The notes under the pieces were generated by a model. That model did no database searches, had not been told where the DNA came from, and saw only the letters and a program-made list of their open reading frames with translations. Below are positions 27,941-36,567 of a stretch of 47,341 nucleotides of DNA, piece after piece. Every line of letters starts with the position of its first letter. Within the stretch, counting starts at the first letter, position 1. The translations under genes were made by a program, and so were the position numbers. Source of the DNA: a bacterium (GTDB lineage: Bacteria > Patescibacteriota > Minisyncoccia > UBA6257 > GWB1-50-10); NCBI GenBank assembly GCA_021812365.1, contig JAKANQ010000004.1, positions 1-47,341 of the forward strand. The letters are read 5' to 3'.

Positions 27941-28630
27941 ATGAAACACACATTCGGAAATGTAATCGTACTGGGACTTGGAGGTTCCATCATCTTTCAA
28001 AATGAGATAAACGTACCTCTCTTGAAGGAGTGGAAGGCGCTTGTCGACACATACGCAAAGACGCACAAGGTCATCATCGTGATGGGCGGCGGCAAGCTTG
28101 CGCGCTGGTATCAGGAGGCGGCACGTGCGGTTCGTCCTATCTCCACGAAAGAGGGCGATTGGCTCGGTATCTATGCCACGCGTGCGAATGCGAAGCTCAT
28201 TCAGACCGTGTTCGGAAAGATCGCCGACCCGGTTCTTTTTGACGCGCCCCTAAGGATAAAGAAACTTACGAGTCCTGTTACTGTCGCGTGTGGATGGGAG
28301 CCTGGATGGTCAACCGATTTCATCTGTATGTCGCTCGCAAAGCAGTTCGGCGCGAAGGAGGTCGTGATGGCGGGGAAGCCCGCGTTCGTATATGACAAGA
28401 ATCCGGATCAGTTTATCGACGCGAGACCGTTCAAGGAGATGAAGTGGTCCGAATATTGGAAGATAATTCCGCATAAATGGACTCCGGGCGCGAGCACCCC
28501 TGTGGACCCTGTGGCGGCGAAGTTCGGGAAAGCGAATAAGATAGCGGCTATCGTGGTGGATGGCAGAAATATGAGGAATATGGAGGCACTTTTACGCGGG
28601 GAGGAGTTTGATGGAACGCTGATTACGTAG
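27941..28630 (+). CDS. pyrH: UMP kinase (archaeal-type)
   Basis: 'LGGS', 'VMGGGKLAR.YQ', 'D.LGIYATRANA', 'PGWSTD', 'VYDKNP', 'PVDPVAA'. Confidence 0.85.
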   Translation: MKHTFGNVIVLGLGGSIIFQNEINVPLLKEWKALVDTYAKTHKVIIVMGGGKLARWYQEAARAVRPISTKEGDWLGIYATRANAKLIQTVFGKIADPVLFDAPLRIKKLTSPVTVACGWEPGWSTDFICMSLAKQFGAKEVVMAGKPAFVYDKNPDQFIDARPFKEMKWSEYWKIIPHKWTPGASTPVDPVAAKFGKANKIAAIVVDGRNMRNMEALLRGEEFDGTLIT

Positions 28631-28664
28631 CGAAAGGTTTTGATATAATAAACGTATTATATAC

Positions 28665-29147
28665 ATGAAGCGCATGGCTAAAAAAACACTCATATTGTTG
28701 GTCATAAGTGCGTTTGGACTCGTCTCACGCGGCGTGGGGCTTGTGGCGCACGCACAGACCGTCGATGCTACCGCGGCGACCGTTCAAACCGATTTTGAGC
28801 GTGAGCTTCAGCAATTGACGCAGCAGATAGCGAGCGACCTTGAGGCACAAAAAGCGGCGAGCGAGATAGATAGTGAGGATACGAAGATCGCAGGCGATGA
28901 TTTCAGCGACAATGTGGTGATTGATGGAGAAAAATCGAGTGAGGAGATTCAGAAGGAGATAGATGATGAGGTGAACATCGAGAATCCGGAGAGCGGTGCG
29001 GATGCTCAAGTTGATGGCGGCGATAATGCCACCTCCACGCTTCAAGATGAGAACACGCCGTCATTTGATTCGAACGGTGATGTGCAAAGCAATGACGCAC
29101 AAAGTACGAGCACCGATGGCACAAGCGGCGGAGATTCCAACCAATAG
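28665..29147 (+). CDS. Secreted acidic low-complexity protein
   Basis: Signal peptide ending AHA; D/E/S/T-rich; TGaTATAAT upstream. Confidence 0.7.
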   Translation: MKRMAKKTLILLVISAFGLVSRGVGLVAHAQTVDATAATVQTDFERELQQLTQQIASDLEAQKAASEIDSEDTKIAGDDFSDNVVIDGEKSSEEIQKEIDDEVNIENPESGADAQVDGGDNATSTLQDENTPSFDSNGDVQSNDAQSTSTDGTSGGDSNQ

Positions 29148-29155
29148 CATCCTCA

Positions 29156-29644
29156 ATGAAAAAATCTATTTTCATAATTACCGGAATAGTCATCATCGCC
29201 ATACTGGGAATCATCGCGTACTCGTTTTGGAGTTCCGCGCCGCAACAACAGTCTCTTCCGCAAGCCATCAATAACGAGGCCGCGACCACCACTGTTTCGG
29301 TAACCCCGCTTCCCACGGCCGCCATTGTCGGCGTGAAGCTCGGAACCGTATTGAATGGAGAGGGGCTCATTGATAATCCGACCACCACCTTTGACATGAA
29401 GGACAACATCTACGCCGTGCTCTCGTTGCAGGCGGCACTTGCAAAGACGCAACTTGCCTACATCAGAACCTTCGATGGAAAGTATGTTGATTCAAAAGTG
29501 TCTCATCCTACGCAGGACGGGATGGTCGACTTCCATTTCAGTTGGATATTGAATGCGGGCAAGACGCGCAAAGCGGGAAATTATTCGCTTTCATTCTTTG
29601 TGGATGGAAAGAAAGCGCAAACGGTTGATTATACGGTACGATAA
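29156..29644 (+). CDS. Membrane-anchored hypothetical protein (Ig-like)
   Basis: N-terminal TM; C-terminal 'GNYSLSFFVDGK'. Confidence 0.7.
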   Translation: MKKSIFIITGIVIIAILGIIAYSFWSSAPQQQSLPQAINNEAATTTVSVTPLPTAAIVGVKLGTVLNGEGLIDNPTTTFDMKDNIYAVLSLQAALAKTQLAYIRTFDGKYVDSKVSHPTQDGMVDFHFSWILNAGKTRKAGNYSLSFFVDGKKAQTVDYTVR

Positions 29645-29715
29645 GATTCATTAGCTATCGAACGGTTGAAAAAGGGACGAAAGGTCGAGAGTACAAGAAA
29701 ATTAAACAACTATAT

Positions 29716-30276
29716 ATGAAACATTTAAAACTTATTTTGAGCGTTATAGCGATAGTCGGTATCGCGGCATTTTCTGTCGCGAAATACAATGTAGTATCGG
29801 CGGATGATAATCAGGGACAGGGCGAGGGAGAGGCGATAAGCGGTATCGCGTCACTTCATGGAGATTCACAGAGTTCAAGCGAAAGCGAGAACAAGAACGG
29901 TCTCGGACTCGGCGGCACTGAATTCGCAATCGGTTCGGGAGGCGAGACGACATTGAACGGCGGCTTGGTCTCATCCGTAACGGATCAGACGGTTGCGGTT
30001 ACTATTTTCGGATTGCCGATAAAGGCGGTCGTGTCTTCGAATACACAGGTCGTCGGCATGGGCACGAGCACACTCTCCTCGGTAAAGGCGGGAGATGTGG
30101 TCGATATCAAGGGAACGATCGATCCTTCTTCGGGAGTCATCAATGCGTCTACCTTCAGAGACAGGACATTCCAGACTCAGAATGTAGCGAACATCCAGGC
30201 CCAGATACAGCAGCTTTTGGCGCTTATCAGGCAGTTGCAGGCTCAGGTTCAGGGCGGACAGGGAGGAGGTAACTAG
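29716..30276 (+). CDS. Secreted protein, DUF5666-like with Gln-rich coiled-coil tail
   Basis: 'G.VSSV...V.S.T.V...LSSVKAGDVVDIKG...INA'; 'IQAQIQQLLALIRQLQAQ'. Confidence 0.65.
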   Translation: MKHLKLILSVIAIVGIAAFSVAKYNVVSADDNQGQGEGEAISGIASLHGDSQSSSESENKNGLGLGGTEFAIGSGGETTLNGGLVSSVTDQTVAVTIFGLPIKAVVSSNTQVVGMGTSTLSSVKAGDVVDIKGTIDPSSGVINASTFRDRTFQTQNVANIQAQIQQLLALIRQLQAQVQGGQGGGN

Positions 30277-30286
30277 TAGTGGAAAG

Positions 30287-30314
30287 ATAAAACCCCGAGC
30301 AATCGGGGTTTTAT
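30287..30314. terminator. Intrinsic terminator
   Basis: ATAAAACCCCGA-GCAA-TCGGGGTTTTAT. Confidence 0.8.
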
Positions 30315-30322
30315 TGTTGTGT

Positions 30323-30356
30323 AAAAAAAGAGCGCCCGTTCAATGAACGAGCGCTT
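30323..30356 (-). terminator. Intrinsic terminator of module E
   Basis: Minus strand AGCGCTCGTTC-ATT-GAACGGGCGCT-C-T7. Confidence 0.8.
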
Positions 30357-30364
30357 GGTTTGTA

Positions 30365-30757
30365 TTATTGGCGGGAGTTTGTGATTCCCAGCTCTTCGTA
30401 TGTCTGCCCCACACAGTTCGCGCAATTACCCTTTGCGGGCGGTGCGTTCGGTTTGGCTGGCGCTGGGGCTTTCGCCATGGCGGGAGCCGGAGCGGGGAGC
30501 GGTGCCCGTGGCACAGGGGGAGGGGCTGCCCTTCTTGCGGGCGGCTCCCATCTGGGAGCGGCTCTCGACGGCGCGGGGTCGCGCCTTGTGCTCTTCGTGT
30601 CTTTGGTGGGCGGTTCCGCGGCCTTCTGAGAAGCGGCGCGCGGTTCGCTGCAGTGGCATTTGCACTTCACGCAGCACTCTCCAGGACGGAAGATGAGCCA
30701 GATGATGAAGATACCAAGAGCTGCCGTGAGCACGGTCACGATAATTCGGGTTTTCAT
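30365..30757 (-). CDS. Orphan membrane-anchored Cys- and Pro/Ala-rich protein
   Basis: TM helix, CCVKCKCHC, Pro/Ala stalk, CANC; AGGAG 6 nt before ATG 30757; high GC. Confidence 0.7.
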   Translation of the reverse strand: MKTRIIVTVLTAALGIFIIWLIFRPGECCVKCKCHCSEPRAASQKAAEPPTKDTKSTRRDPAPSRAAPRWEPPARRAAPPPVPRAPLPAPAPAMAKAPAPAKPNAPPAKGNCANCVGQTYEELGITNSRQ

Positions 30758-30763
30758 ACCCAT

Positions 30764-30813
30764 CTCCTTTTCAAGGTGCTTTTTTAAAGTACCATAATTT
30801 TCCTAAGAGTCAA
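30764..30813 (-). promoter_or_regulatory. Promoter, boxA-like motif and SD (module E)
   Basis: Minus strand TTGACT-16-TACTTT (extended TG); GCACCTTGAAAA; AGGAG. Confidence 0.65.
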
Positions 30814-30818
30814 GATAG

Positions 30819-30846
30819 AAAAAACCGCTTCATTTGATTGAAGCGG
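30819..30846 (-). terminator. Intrinsic terminator of module F
   Basis: Minus strand CCGCTTCA-ATCAAA-TGAAGCGG-T6. Confidence 0.8.
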
Positions 30847-30855
30847 CTGGAATTT

Positions 30856-31158
30856 TTACGGGCGATTGTGGTTTGCCATTTCTTCTACGGTGTAGATACC
30901 CGCGGCCCAGAGCACACCCTGAATGAATCCGAGCCATCGGAATACCTTGTCCATTCTGCCTTCTTGAATGAAGGTTTCCATTTGGTCCAGCATTCCGTGG
31001 CAGTGGGCGAGATGGTAGTGGAATTGATTGTTGAAATCAATGCCCGCTTGTCCGCGATTCGGAATCTTGTGGTGTGGAAACGGATAATTCGGAATGCGCA
31101 TATCTTCGAACTTCTTACGGTAGATGGTCAAAACCTCTCTTACCTTGTCTGGGGTCAT
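30856..31158 (-). CDS. Small hypothetical protein
   Basis: Start ATG 31158 (MTPDKVRE) with AAGGAGGA; motif 'KVFRWLGFIQGVLW..G'; the longer ORF call runs into the tRNA. Confidence 0.8.
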   Translation of the reverse strand: MTPDKVREVLTIYRKKFEDMRIPNYPFPHHKIPNRGQAGIDFNNQFHYHLAHCHGMLDQMETFIQEGRMDKVFRWLGFIQGVLWAAGIYTVEEMANHNRP

Positions 31159-31162
31159 GAGA

Positions 31163-31217
31163 TCCTCCTTGTGCGATGTGCTCTTTGCACCATAGCAAAA
31201 GAGAAGGGGGATGTAAA
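31163..31217 (-). promoter_or_regulatory. Promoter, degenerate boxA-like motif and SD (module F)
   Basis: Minus strand TTTACA-17-TATGGT; GCACATCGCACA; AAGGAGGA. Confidence 0.55.
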
Positions 31218-31242
31218 TAATTCGTCTTTCTCCCGCACAAAG

Positions 31243-31329
31243 CGGAAGGGGCGAGATTCGAACTCGCGAGAGGATTTCTCCCCTACAGTCTTTCCAGGAC
31301 TGCGCCTTAGACCACTCGGCCACCCTTCC
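31243..31329 (-). tRNA. tRNA-Ser (GGA)
   Basis: GGAAGGG/CCCTTCC acceptor, anticodon arm CAGTC-CTGGAAA-GACTG, long variable arm, GTTCGAATC, discriminator G, no encoded CCA. Confidence 0.95.
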
Positions 31330-31387
31330 GCTTTAAGCGGGATTGCGTTTTGTGACTTCGCTTCGCATCAGACAAAACGGGAACAGC

Positions 31388-31420
31388 ACTTGCGCACGTA
31401 GACCACCATGCGACCCCTCC
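31388..31420 (-). pseudogene. tRNA-Ser-like 5' half fragment
   Basis: Minus strand GGAGGGG-TC-GCAT-GGTGGTCTAC-GTGC-GCAAGT: acceptor 5' strand plus D arm, no T arm of its own. Confidence 0.55.
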
Positions 31421-31434
31421 TTTTATGCCTTGTG

Positions 31435-31463
31435 ATTGTACGATAATACGTGTTTTTTTTCAA
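31435..31463 (-). promoter_or_regulatory. Promoter for tRNA fragment and tRNA-Ser
   Basis: Minus strand TTGAAA-17-TACAAT. Confidence 0.7.
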
Positions 31464-31543
31464 TTTTCAGATATAAAATTGGGCATTTCATCTTGTCTAG
31501 TTTTGTTTTATACTAAAAGAGAATTTTAGTTCTTGTTGAAGCG

Positions 31544-32707
31544 ATGGCAAATAAAAATCTCACAAACGCAAAACGGGCAAAGAACGACGAATTTTATACT
31601 CAGTACAGCGATATTCAAAAAGAGATTGAAGCGTATTTGGAATATAACCCCGACGTATTCCGCAGTAAGGCGGTATATTGCAATTGTGATGATCCATACG
31701 AAAGTAATTTCTTTCGCTATTTTGTGCTCAATTTTAATAAACTTGGATTGAAACAACTTATCACCACAAGCTACAAACCTTCACCTGTAGCAAACACTCA
31801 GTTGGCATTATTTGGTGATGACAAAACTCTTGCAAAATCAAAAGGGCGTCCCAAAGTAACCGCTAACAAATTTATTATCAACGAAGTACGCGACATAGAT
31901 GATGACGGCGAATTTAATTTGAAGGACGTTGCAAAGCAGTTAAAGACGAACAAAAACAACGAATGGTCGCCACTCGAAGGTGATGGTGATTTTCGTAGTA
32001 ATGAATGTGTAAATCTACTCAAGCAATCTGATGTTGTGGTAACAAATCCACCATTCAGTTTGTTCCGCGAATATGTTAAACAACTTTTTGATTACAATAA
32101 AAAGTTTGTAATTATTGGCAATATGAACGCGATTACTTATAAGGAAATCTTCTCTTTAATTAAAGAGAATAAAGTATGGCTTGGAGCTGGCAAAAACGAT
32201 GGAAGAAATGTTTGGTATCAGGTTCCAGATAGTTATGAAAATTTTCACAAAAAAGAGGATGGTAAGAAATACGCATTTGTTGCTGGAACGATTTGGTTTA
32301 CCAATCTTGATCATGGGCGCCGCCACCAACCGTTGCCGTTAATGACTAAAGCAGAGGTAATTAAATTTGGCACGAAAAAACCATTTGAAAAATATAACAA
32401 CTATAATGCAATTGAGGTGCCTTTAGTTAAATATATTCCAAACGACTATGCGGGTGTAATGGGTGTGCCAATTAGCTTCCTTAGTAAGTACTCTCCAGAA
32501 CAGTTTGAAATTGTAGGAATGTGTGAAAATGAAGACTTATATAAAATGAAAACAAAAGTATATACAACCGCAGAATGCAAACAAGCATATTTAAATAAGT
32601 TTGGTAAAAAGGGAACTTACGATTTGAATGCAAGTGGAGTAGTTATTAAGAGTGGTATATTAGAGAAAGTCTATCAAAGAATTCTTATAAAACATAAGAA
32701 AAAATAA
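31544..32707 (+). CDS. Adenine-specific DNA methyltransferase, EcoRI-methylase family
   Basis: 'AK.AKNDEFYT', 'YCNCDDP.ESNF', 'GDGDFRS.EC', 'VVTNPPFSLF', 'MGVPISFL.KY.PEQF'. Confidence 0.9.
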   Translation: MANKNLTNAKRAKNDEFYTQYSDIQKEIEAYLEYNPDVFRSKAVYCNCDDPYESNFFRYFVLNFNKLGLKQLITTSYKPSPVANTQLALFGDDKTLAKSKGRPKVTANKFIINEVRDIDDDGEFNLKDVAKQLKTNKNNEWSPLEGDGDFRSNECVNLLKQSDVVVTNPPFSLFREYVKQLFDYNKKFVIIGNMNAITYKEIFSLIKENKVWLGAGKNDGRNVWYQVPDSYENFHKKEDGKKYAFVAGTIWFTNLDHGRRHQPLPLMTKAEVIKFGTKKPFEKYNNYNAIEVPLVKYIPNDYAGVMGVPISFLSKYSPEQFEIVGMCENEDLYKMKTKVYTTAECKQAYLNKFGKKGTYDLNASGVVIKSGILEKVYQRILIKHKKK

Positions 32708-32708
32708 T

Positions 32709-33311
32709 ATGAAAGGAATTATTTACGTAATGACAACAGCCGTATCTGGTTTGGTAAAGATAGGCAAGACCGGTATAAACAATTATCAGGAGAGAATGCG
32801 AAACCTTGAGGCAAATGGTTATTATAATGTTGCCGGCCTGAAAAGATTTTTTGCTATTGAACTTGAGGATTATGATGATAAGGAAAATCTACTGAAAGAT
32901 ATTTTTAATAAACATCAGGTTGGAGAAAGTGAACTATTTGCGCTGGATCAAGAATTGTTGCGACAGCTCCTACTCTCGTTTAAGGGGAGGGTTGTTTATC
33001 CTGAAAATATTGATCAAGAGAAAGAGTTTGACATAGTTTCAAACATTAGAAGAGAGAGTAGGCTATTTAGTTTTTATAAGAAGGGGCTCAAAAATGGAGA
33101 CATAATCGTTTTCAAGGACGATGAGGATATAACGGCCAAGGTTGCTGGTGAGCGCGAGGTAGAGTATGAGGGTCAGATTTGGAAATTATCGCCACTTACA
33201 TATAAGCTTTACGAACAGCGAGGTGAACTGAATGAGAGTGGGGCTTATGCGGGTGCGGACTATTTTAAATACAATGGTAAAAGGTTGAGAGATTTGCCCG
33301 ATGTGATTTAA
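32709..33311 (+). CDS. GIY-YIG (T5orf172-like) nuclease domain protein
   Basis: 'GIIYVMT...GLVKIGKT...R...L...E...H...ELF'. Confidence 0.75.
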   Translation: MKGIIYVMTTAVSGLVKIGKTGINNYQERMRNLEANGYYNVAGLKRFFAIELEDYDDKENLLKDIFNKHQVGESELFALDQELLRQLLLSFKGRVVYPENIDQEKEFDIVSNIRRESRLFSFYKKGLKNGDIIVFKDDEDITAKVAGEREVEYEGQIWKLSPLTYKLYEQRGELNESGAYAGADYFKYNGKRLRDLPDVI

Positions 33312-33320
33312 AAAAATAAT

Positions 33321-34496
33321 ATGGAAATGAAAACATTTTTAAAAACCAACATCACCGTCAAAGATATTTGTGAAGGATTTGTCTATAACGAACTTGAAGG
33401 CAAGGGTTTGTTTGGTTTGTCTGGTAAGCTCACTATTCAGCCCGAGTATCAACGCAACTATATCTATGCATCCGATGGCGGAAAAAGAGAGGCTGCGGTT
33501 ATTGAGTCCCTGCTTAAGGGGTATCCCATTGGGTTGATCTATTTTAATAAGGTTTCTGAAAACAATTTGGAAGTTTTGGACGGACAGCAACGCATCACTA
33601 GCGTGGGACGTTTTGTGACTGATAAGTTTGCTATCAAAGATGAAAATGGTATGGAACAATACTTTGGTGGTATGGCAAAAGATAAGAAAGCAAAGATCTG
33701 GGAAACAAAGCTGCTTATTTATGAATGTGAAGGTACGGAAAGCCAGATAAAAGAGTGGTTTAAGACTATAAATATTGCCGGCGTTCCGCTCAATAATCAG
33801 GAACTACTTAATGCGGTGTATTCTGGTCCGTTTGTAACGCTTGGCAAAGAAGAGTTTAGTAATAGCCAAAACGCCAACATTCAAAAATGGAGTGCGTATG
33901 TGGCGGGTAGTGCTAATAGACAAGATTTTTTGGAACGTGCGCTTGATTGGGTAAGTAGGGGAAATATAGGAGACTACATGAGTGGTCATCGGTTTGATAA
34001 AAATATCACTGAGCTAAAAAAATATTTTAATGGTGTTATTGACTGGGTATCCAGTGTATTTACTGATGTGGAAAGCGAAATGCGTGGATTAGAGTGGGGA
34101 CGGCTGTATGAGACATATCATAAAAAATCATACAATCTGAAAAAAGTTTCGGAAGAAGTACAAAAACTGTATGGAGATCCATATGTCAAAAACCGCAAAG
34201 GCATTTTTGAATTCATATTAGGAGGCTCTACCGATACTAAATTACTTGATGTTAGGGTTTTTGATGATGCAACTAAAAAATCAGTATATAAGAAGCAAAC
34301 AACTAAAGCTGAAAAGAAAAAAATATCAAATTGTTCGCTTTGTGCTCTTGGACATGATGCCAACAAGAAAAAGATTTGGAAGTTAGATGAAATGGAAGCC
34401 GACCACGTGGCGGCATGGAGTAAGGGTGGTAAAACAACAATCAAAAATTGTGAGATGTTGTGTAAAACCCACAACCGAGCAAAAGGAAATAGATAA
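33321..34496 (+). CDS. DUF262 plus HNH endonuclease (GmrSD-like)
   Basis: 'IQPEYQRNY', '[10 protein letters not shown]', 'F.TIN..G.PL'; C-terminal C..C...'[13 protein letters not shown]...NCEMLC.THN..K'. Confidence 0.88.
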   Translation: MEMKTFLKTNITVKDICEGFVYNELEGKGLFGLSGKLTIQPEYQRNYIYASDGGKREAAVIESLLKGYPIGLIYFNKVSENNLEVLDGQQRITSVGRFVTDKFAIKDENGMEQYFGGMAKDKKAKIWETKLLIYECEGTESQIKEWFKTINIAGVPLNNQELLNAVYSGPFVTLGKEEFSNSQNANIQKWSAYVAGSANRQDFLERALDWVSRGNIGDYMSGHRFDKNITELKKYFNGVIDWVSSVFTDVESEMRGLEWGRLYETYHKKSYNLKKVSEEVQKLYGDPYVKNRKGIFEFILGGSTDTKLLDVRVFDDATKKSVYKKQTTKAEKKKISNCSLCALGHDANKKKIWKLDEMEADHVAAWSKGGKTTIKNCEMLCKTHNRAKGNR

Positions 34497-34555
34497 TAAA
34501 ATAGTCAGATGTTGTGCAAGCAAGACAGTCGAATGAAGTTTAGAAAGTAACAGTT

Positions 34556-35053
34556 ATGACCCCCTCTACTTCAATTGCATATATTGATGGTGCAAATCTC
34601 CATAAAGGGGTCGATTCGTTGGCGTGGAGGCTGGATTATAAAAAATTTCGATCGTGGATTCGACAAAAATTTGGCATTACTGAGGCGAGCCTATTTATTG
34701 GTATGATGTCAAAACATGCGAATCTTTACACGTTTCTACAATCTGCCGGTTACACCTTAGTTTTCAAAGAAGTTGTTTTTGATGGGGACGGAAAAGCGAA
34801 GGGTAATTGCGATGCTGACCTTGTGCTTCAGGCAACGAAAGATTATTACAATAAGAAGCCCGTATCTGTTGTTTTGGTATCTAGTGATGGCGACTATGCT
34901 TCACTTGTAAAGTTTTGGGTGGAGAGTGGTGTGCGGTGTACTATTGTTTCTCCCGCGCCAGTTGAAAAATGTTCGGTTCTGCTCAAGCGTACCGAGGCGC
35001 CAATCGTTTACTTGAATGATGTGAGACATAAGCTTGAGTACCATCAGAAATAA
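34556..35053 (+). CDS. NYN/LabA (PIN-like) RNase domain protein
   Basis: 'AYIDGANL', 'KGNCDADLV', 'LVSSDGDYASLV'. Confidence 0.88.
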   Translation: MTPSTSIAYIDGANLHKGVDSLAWRLDYKKFRSWIRQKFGITEASLFIGMMSKHANLYTFLQSAGYTLVFKEVVFDGDGKAKGNCDADLVLQATKDYYNKKPVSVVLVSSDGDYASLVKFWVESGVRCTIVSPAPVEKCSVLLKRTEAPIVYLNDVRHKLEYHQK

Positions 35054-35104
35054 AAAAGCCCCCGGCACGGACGTATCCGTGCAAGGGTCTTTTTCGTGGT
35101 GATG
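35052..35104 (-). ncRNA. Candidate ~50-nt hairpin sRNA convergent on the NYN gene
   Basis: Minus strand AAAAAGACCC-TT-GCACGGA-TACG-TCCGTGC-C-GGGGGC-T6 directly downstream of a promoter. Confidence 0.55.
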
Positions 35105-35109
35105 TCCTT

Positions 35110-35136
35110 ATTATATCACACCTGTATTAAAGTCAA
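35110..35136 (-). promoter_or_regulatory. Promoter pointing back at the NYN gene
   Basis: Minus strand TTGACT-15-TATAAT with extended TG; no ORF downstream. Confidence 0.65.
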
Positions 35137-35182
35137 TGGTTTTGTGGCCGGTCCAATGAGTGTGCCTTTTTAACGAAAATTA

Positions 35183-35485
35183 ATGACTTTTCAAGATAAA
35201 ATCTATAAAATAGCAGCCAAAATACCAAAAGGAAAGGTGGCGACGTATGGGCAGCTTGCGAAGATGGCGGGGAGTTCGGGGGCGGCACGAGCGGTTGGAA
35301 TGTGTATGAAGCACAATCCCGACATGAAAGTGGTGCCATGCCACAGGGTGGTCGCCTCTGATGGGAAGCTTACGGGTTATGCATTCGGCAACGGCATTTC
35401 CACAAAAAAGAAGATGCTCTTGAAGGAAGGCGTGGTATTCAAAGGTGAGCGTGTGAATCTTTCCCGCTCACAATGGAAAGGGTAG
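35183..35485 (+). CDS. Methylated-DNA--protein-cysteine methyltransferase (MGMT C-terminal domain only)
   Basis: 'IPKGKVATYGQLA', 'ARAVG', 'VPCHRVV'. Confidence 0.9.
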   Translation: MTFQDKIYKIAAKIPKGKVATYGQLAKMAGSSGAARAVGMCMKHNPDMKVVPCHRVVASDGKLTGYAFGNGISTKKKMLLKEGVVFKGERVNLSRSQWKG

Positions 35486-35517
35486 GAGTGGTTTGATTGG
35501 GGTGGTACAATTAAACT

Positions 35518-35916
35518 ATGAATGAAACGAGTACGTGGTATTCGTCGATAATAAAGCCTTCCTGGGCGCCCCCAAGCTGGCTCTTTGGCCCTGTGTGGTC
35601 TGTGCTCTATACCATCATCGCGGTCTCGTTCGGCGCGGTGTTCTACAAGGTATTTACAAAGCAGCTTCCATTTGCGATAGCCTTGCCCTTCATATTGAAT
35701 CTCGTATTCAACTTTGCATTCTCTCCGATACAGTTCGGACTTAAAAATAATATGCTCGCGGCAATCGATATTTTGCTCGTGCTCGCCACACTTATCTGGT
35801 CGCTTTATACGATCTATCCGCACATGAGGTGGGTGGCACTCGTGAATATTCCGTATCTCTTGTGGGTCTCATTCGCAACCGTACTTCAAATCACCATAAC
35901 CATTTTGAATAAATAA
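35518..35916 (+). CDS. tspO: TspO/MBR family protein
   Basis: 'WY..I.KPSWAPPSWLFGPVWSVLY', 'PYLLWVSFAT.L'. Confidence 0.92.
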   Translation: MNETSTWYSSIIKPSWAPPSWLFGPVWSVLYTIIAVSFGAVFYKVFTKQLPFAIALPFILNLVFNFAFSPIQFGLKNNMLAAIDILLVLATLIWSLYTIYPHMRWVALVNIPYLLWVSFATVLQITITILNK

Positions 35917-35920
35917 CATC

Positions 35921-36523
35921 ATGAACCTATTACACAATAAAAAGACCGCAATCATCGTGCTTCTTGTCTTGGCGTTCGCCGCGGGTATCTATTTTGAATT
36001 CTTCCGCTCCTCAAAGAACAATTCTGCGCTATGCGCGCCTGATGCGACATTTTGTTCCAACCAATCAGCGAACGGCCTTACTGATTCAAAAGGAAATCCG
36101 TGGAGTACGTTTGTCGATGTTGCTCAAGGGTTTGAATTCAGCTATCCGCCGAAGTTGGAGAAGAAGTATATAAGCACGGCGGTCTGGCCGCCGAAGATGG
36201 TGGCGGAAACGGGAACATTTGAGTGCGCAGTGAGTAAGTCTGAAAACGGACGTCCCGAGACCACAAGCACGCGCGTCATCGGAACGCGCAGCTATTGCGT
36301 GAGTGTGGTGGGTGAAGGTGCTGCAGGTTCGGTATACGACGACTATACCTACACCACGCAAAAGAATGGGAAGATACTCTCGGTGAATTTTTCGCTTCGC
36401 TTCCCGCAATGTCTCAATTATGATGAGCCGAATCAGACGGCGTGCATTGATGAGCAACGTTCATTTAATGTCGACAATCTTGCGAACCGCATGATAGAGA
36501 GTGTTATCTTCCGCGCAGAATAA
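35921..36523 (+). CDS. Membrane-anchored hypothetical protein with Cys pairs
   Basis: N-terminal TM; 'GFEFSYP', 'EGAAGS.Y..Y.Y'. Confidence 0.7.
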   Translation: MNLLHNKKTAIIVLLVLAFAAGIYFEFFRSSKNNSALCAPDATFCSNQSANGLTDSKGNPWSTFVDVAQGFEFSYPPKLEKKYISTAVWPPKMVAETGTFECAVSKSENGRPETTSTRVIGTRSYCVSVVGEGAAGSVYDDYTYTTQKNGKILSVNFSLRFPQCLNYDEPNQTACIDEQRSFNVDNLANRMIESVIFRAE

Positions 36524-36567
36524 TATTATTCGAACATTGGTTTGGTATACTAAAATCAACAACTACT

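Noticed and set aside
29679-29687. GAAAGGTCG upstream motif
   Set aside because: Recalled as recurrent in CPR leaders, but I noticed only one copy here, so it is unsupported
31159-31401. N-terminal extension of the 30856-31323 ORF and the + strand ORF 30838-31401
   Set aside because: Both overlap tRNA-Ser; the SD-supported start is 31158
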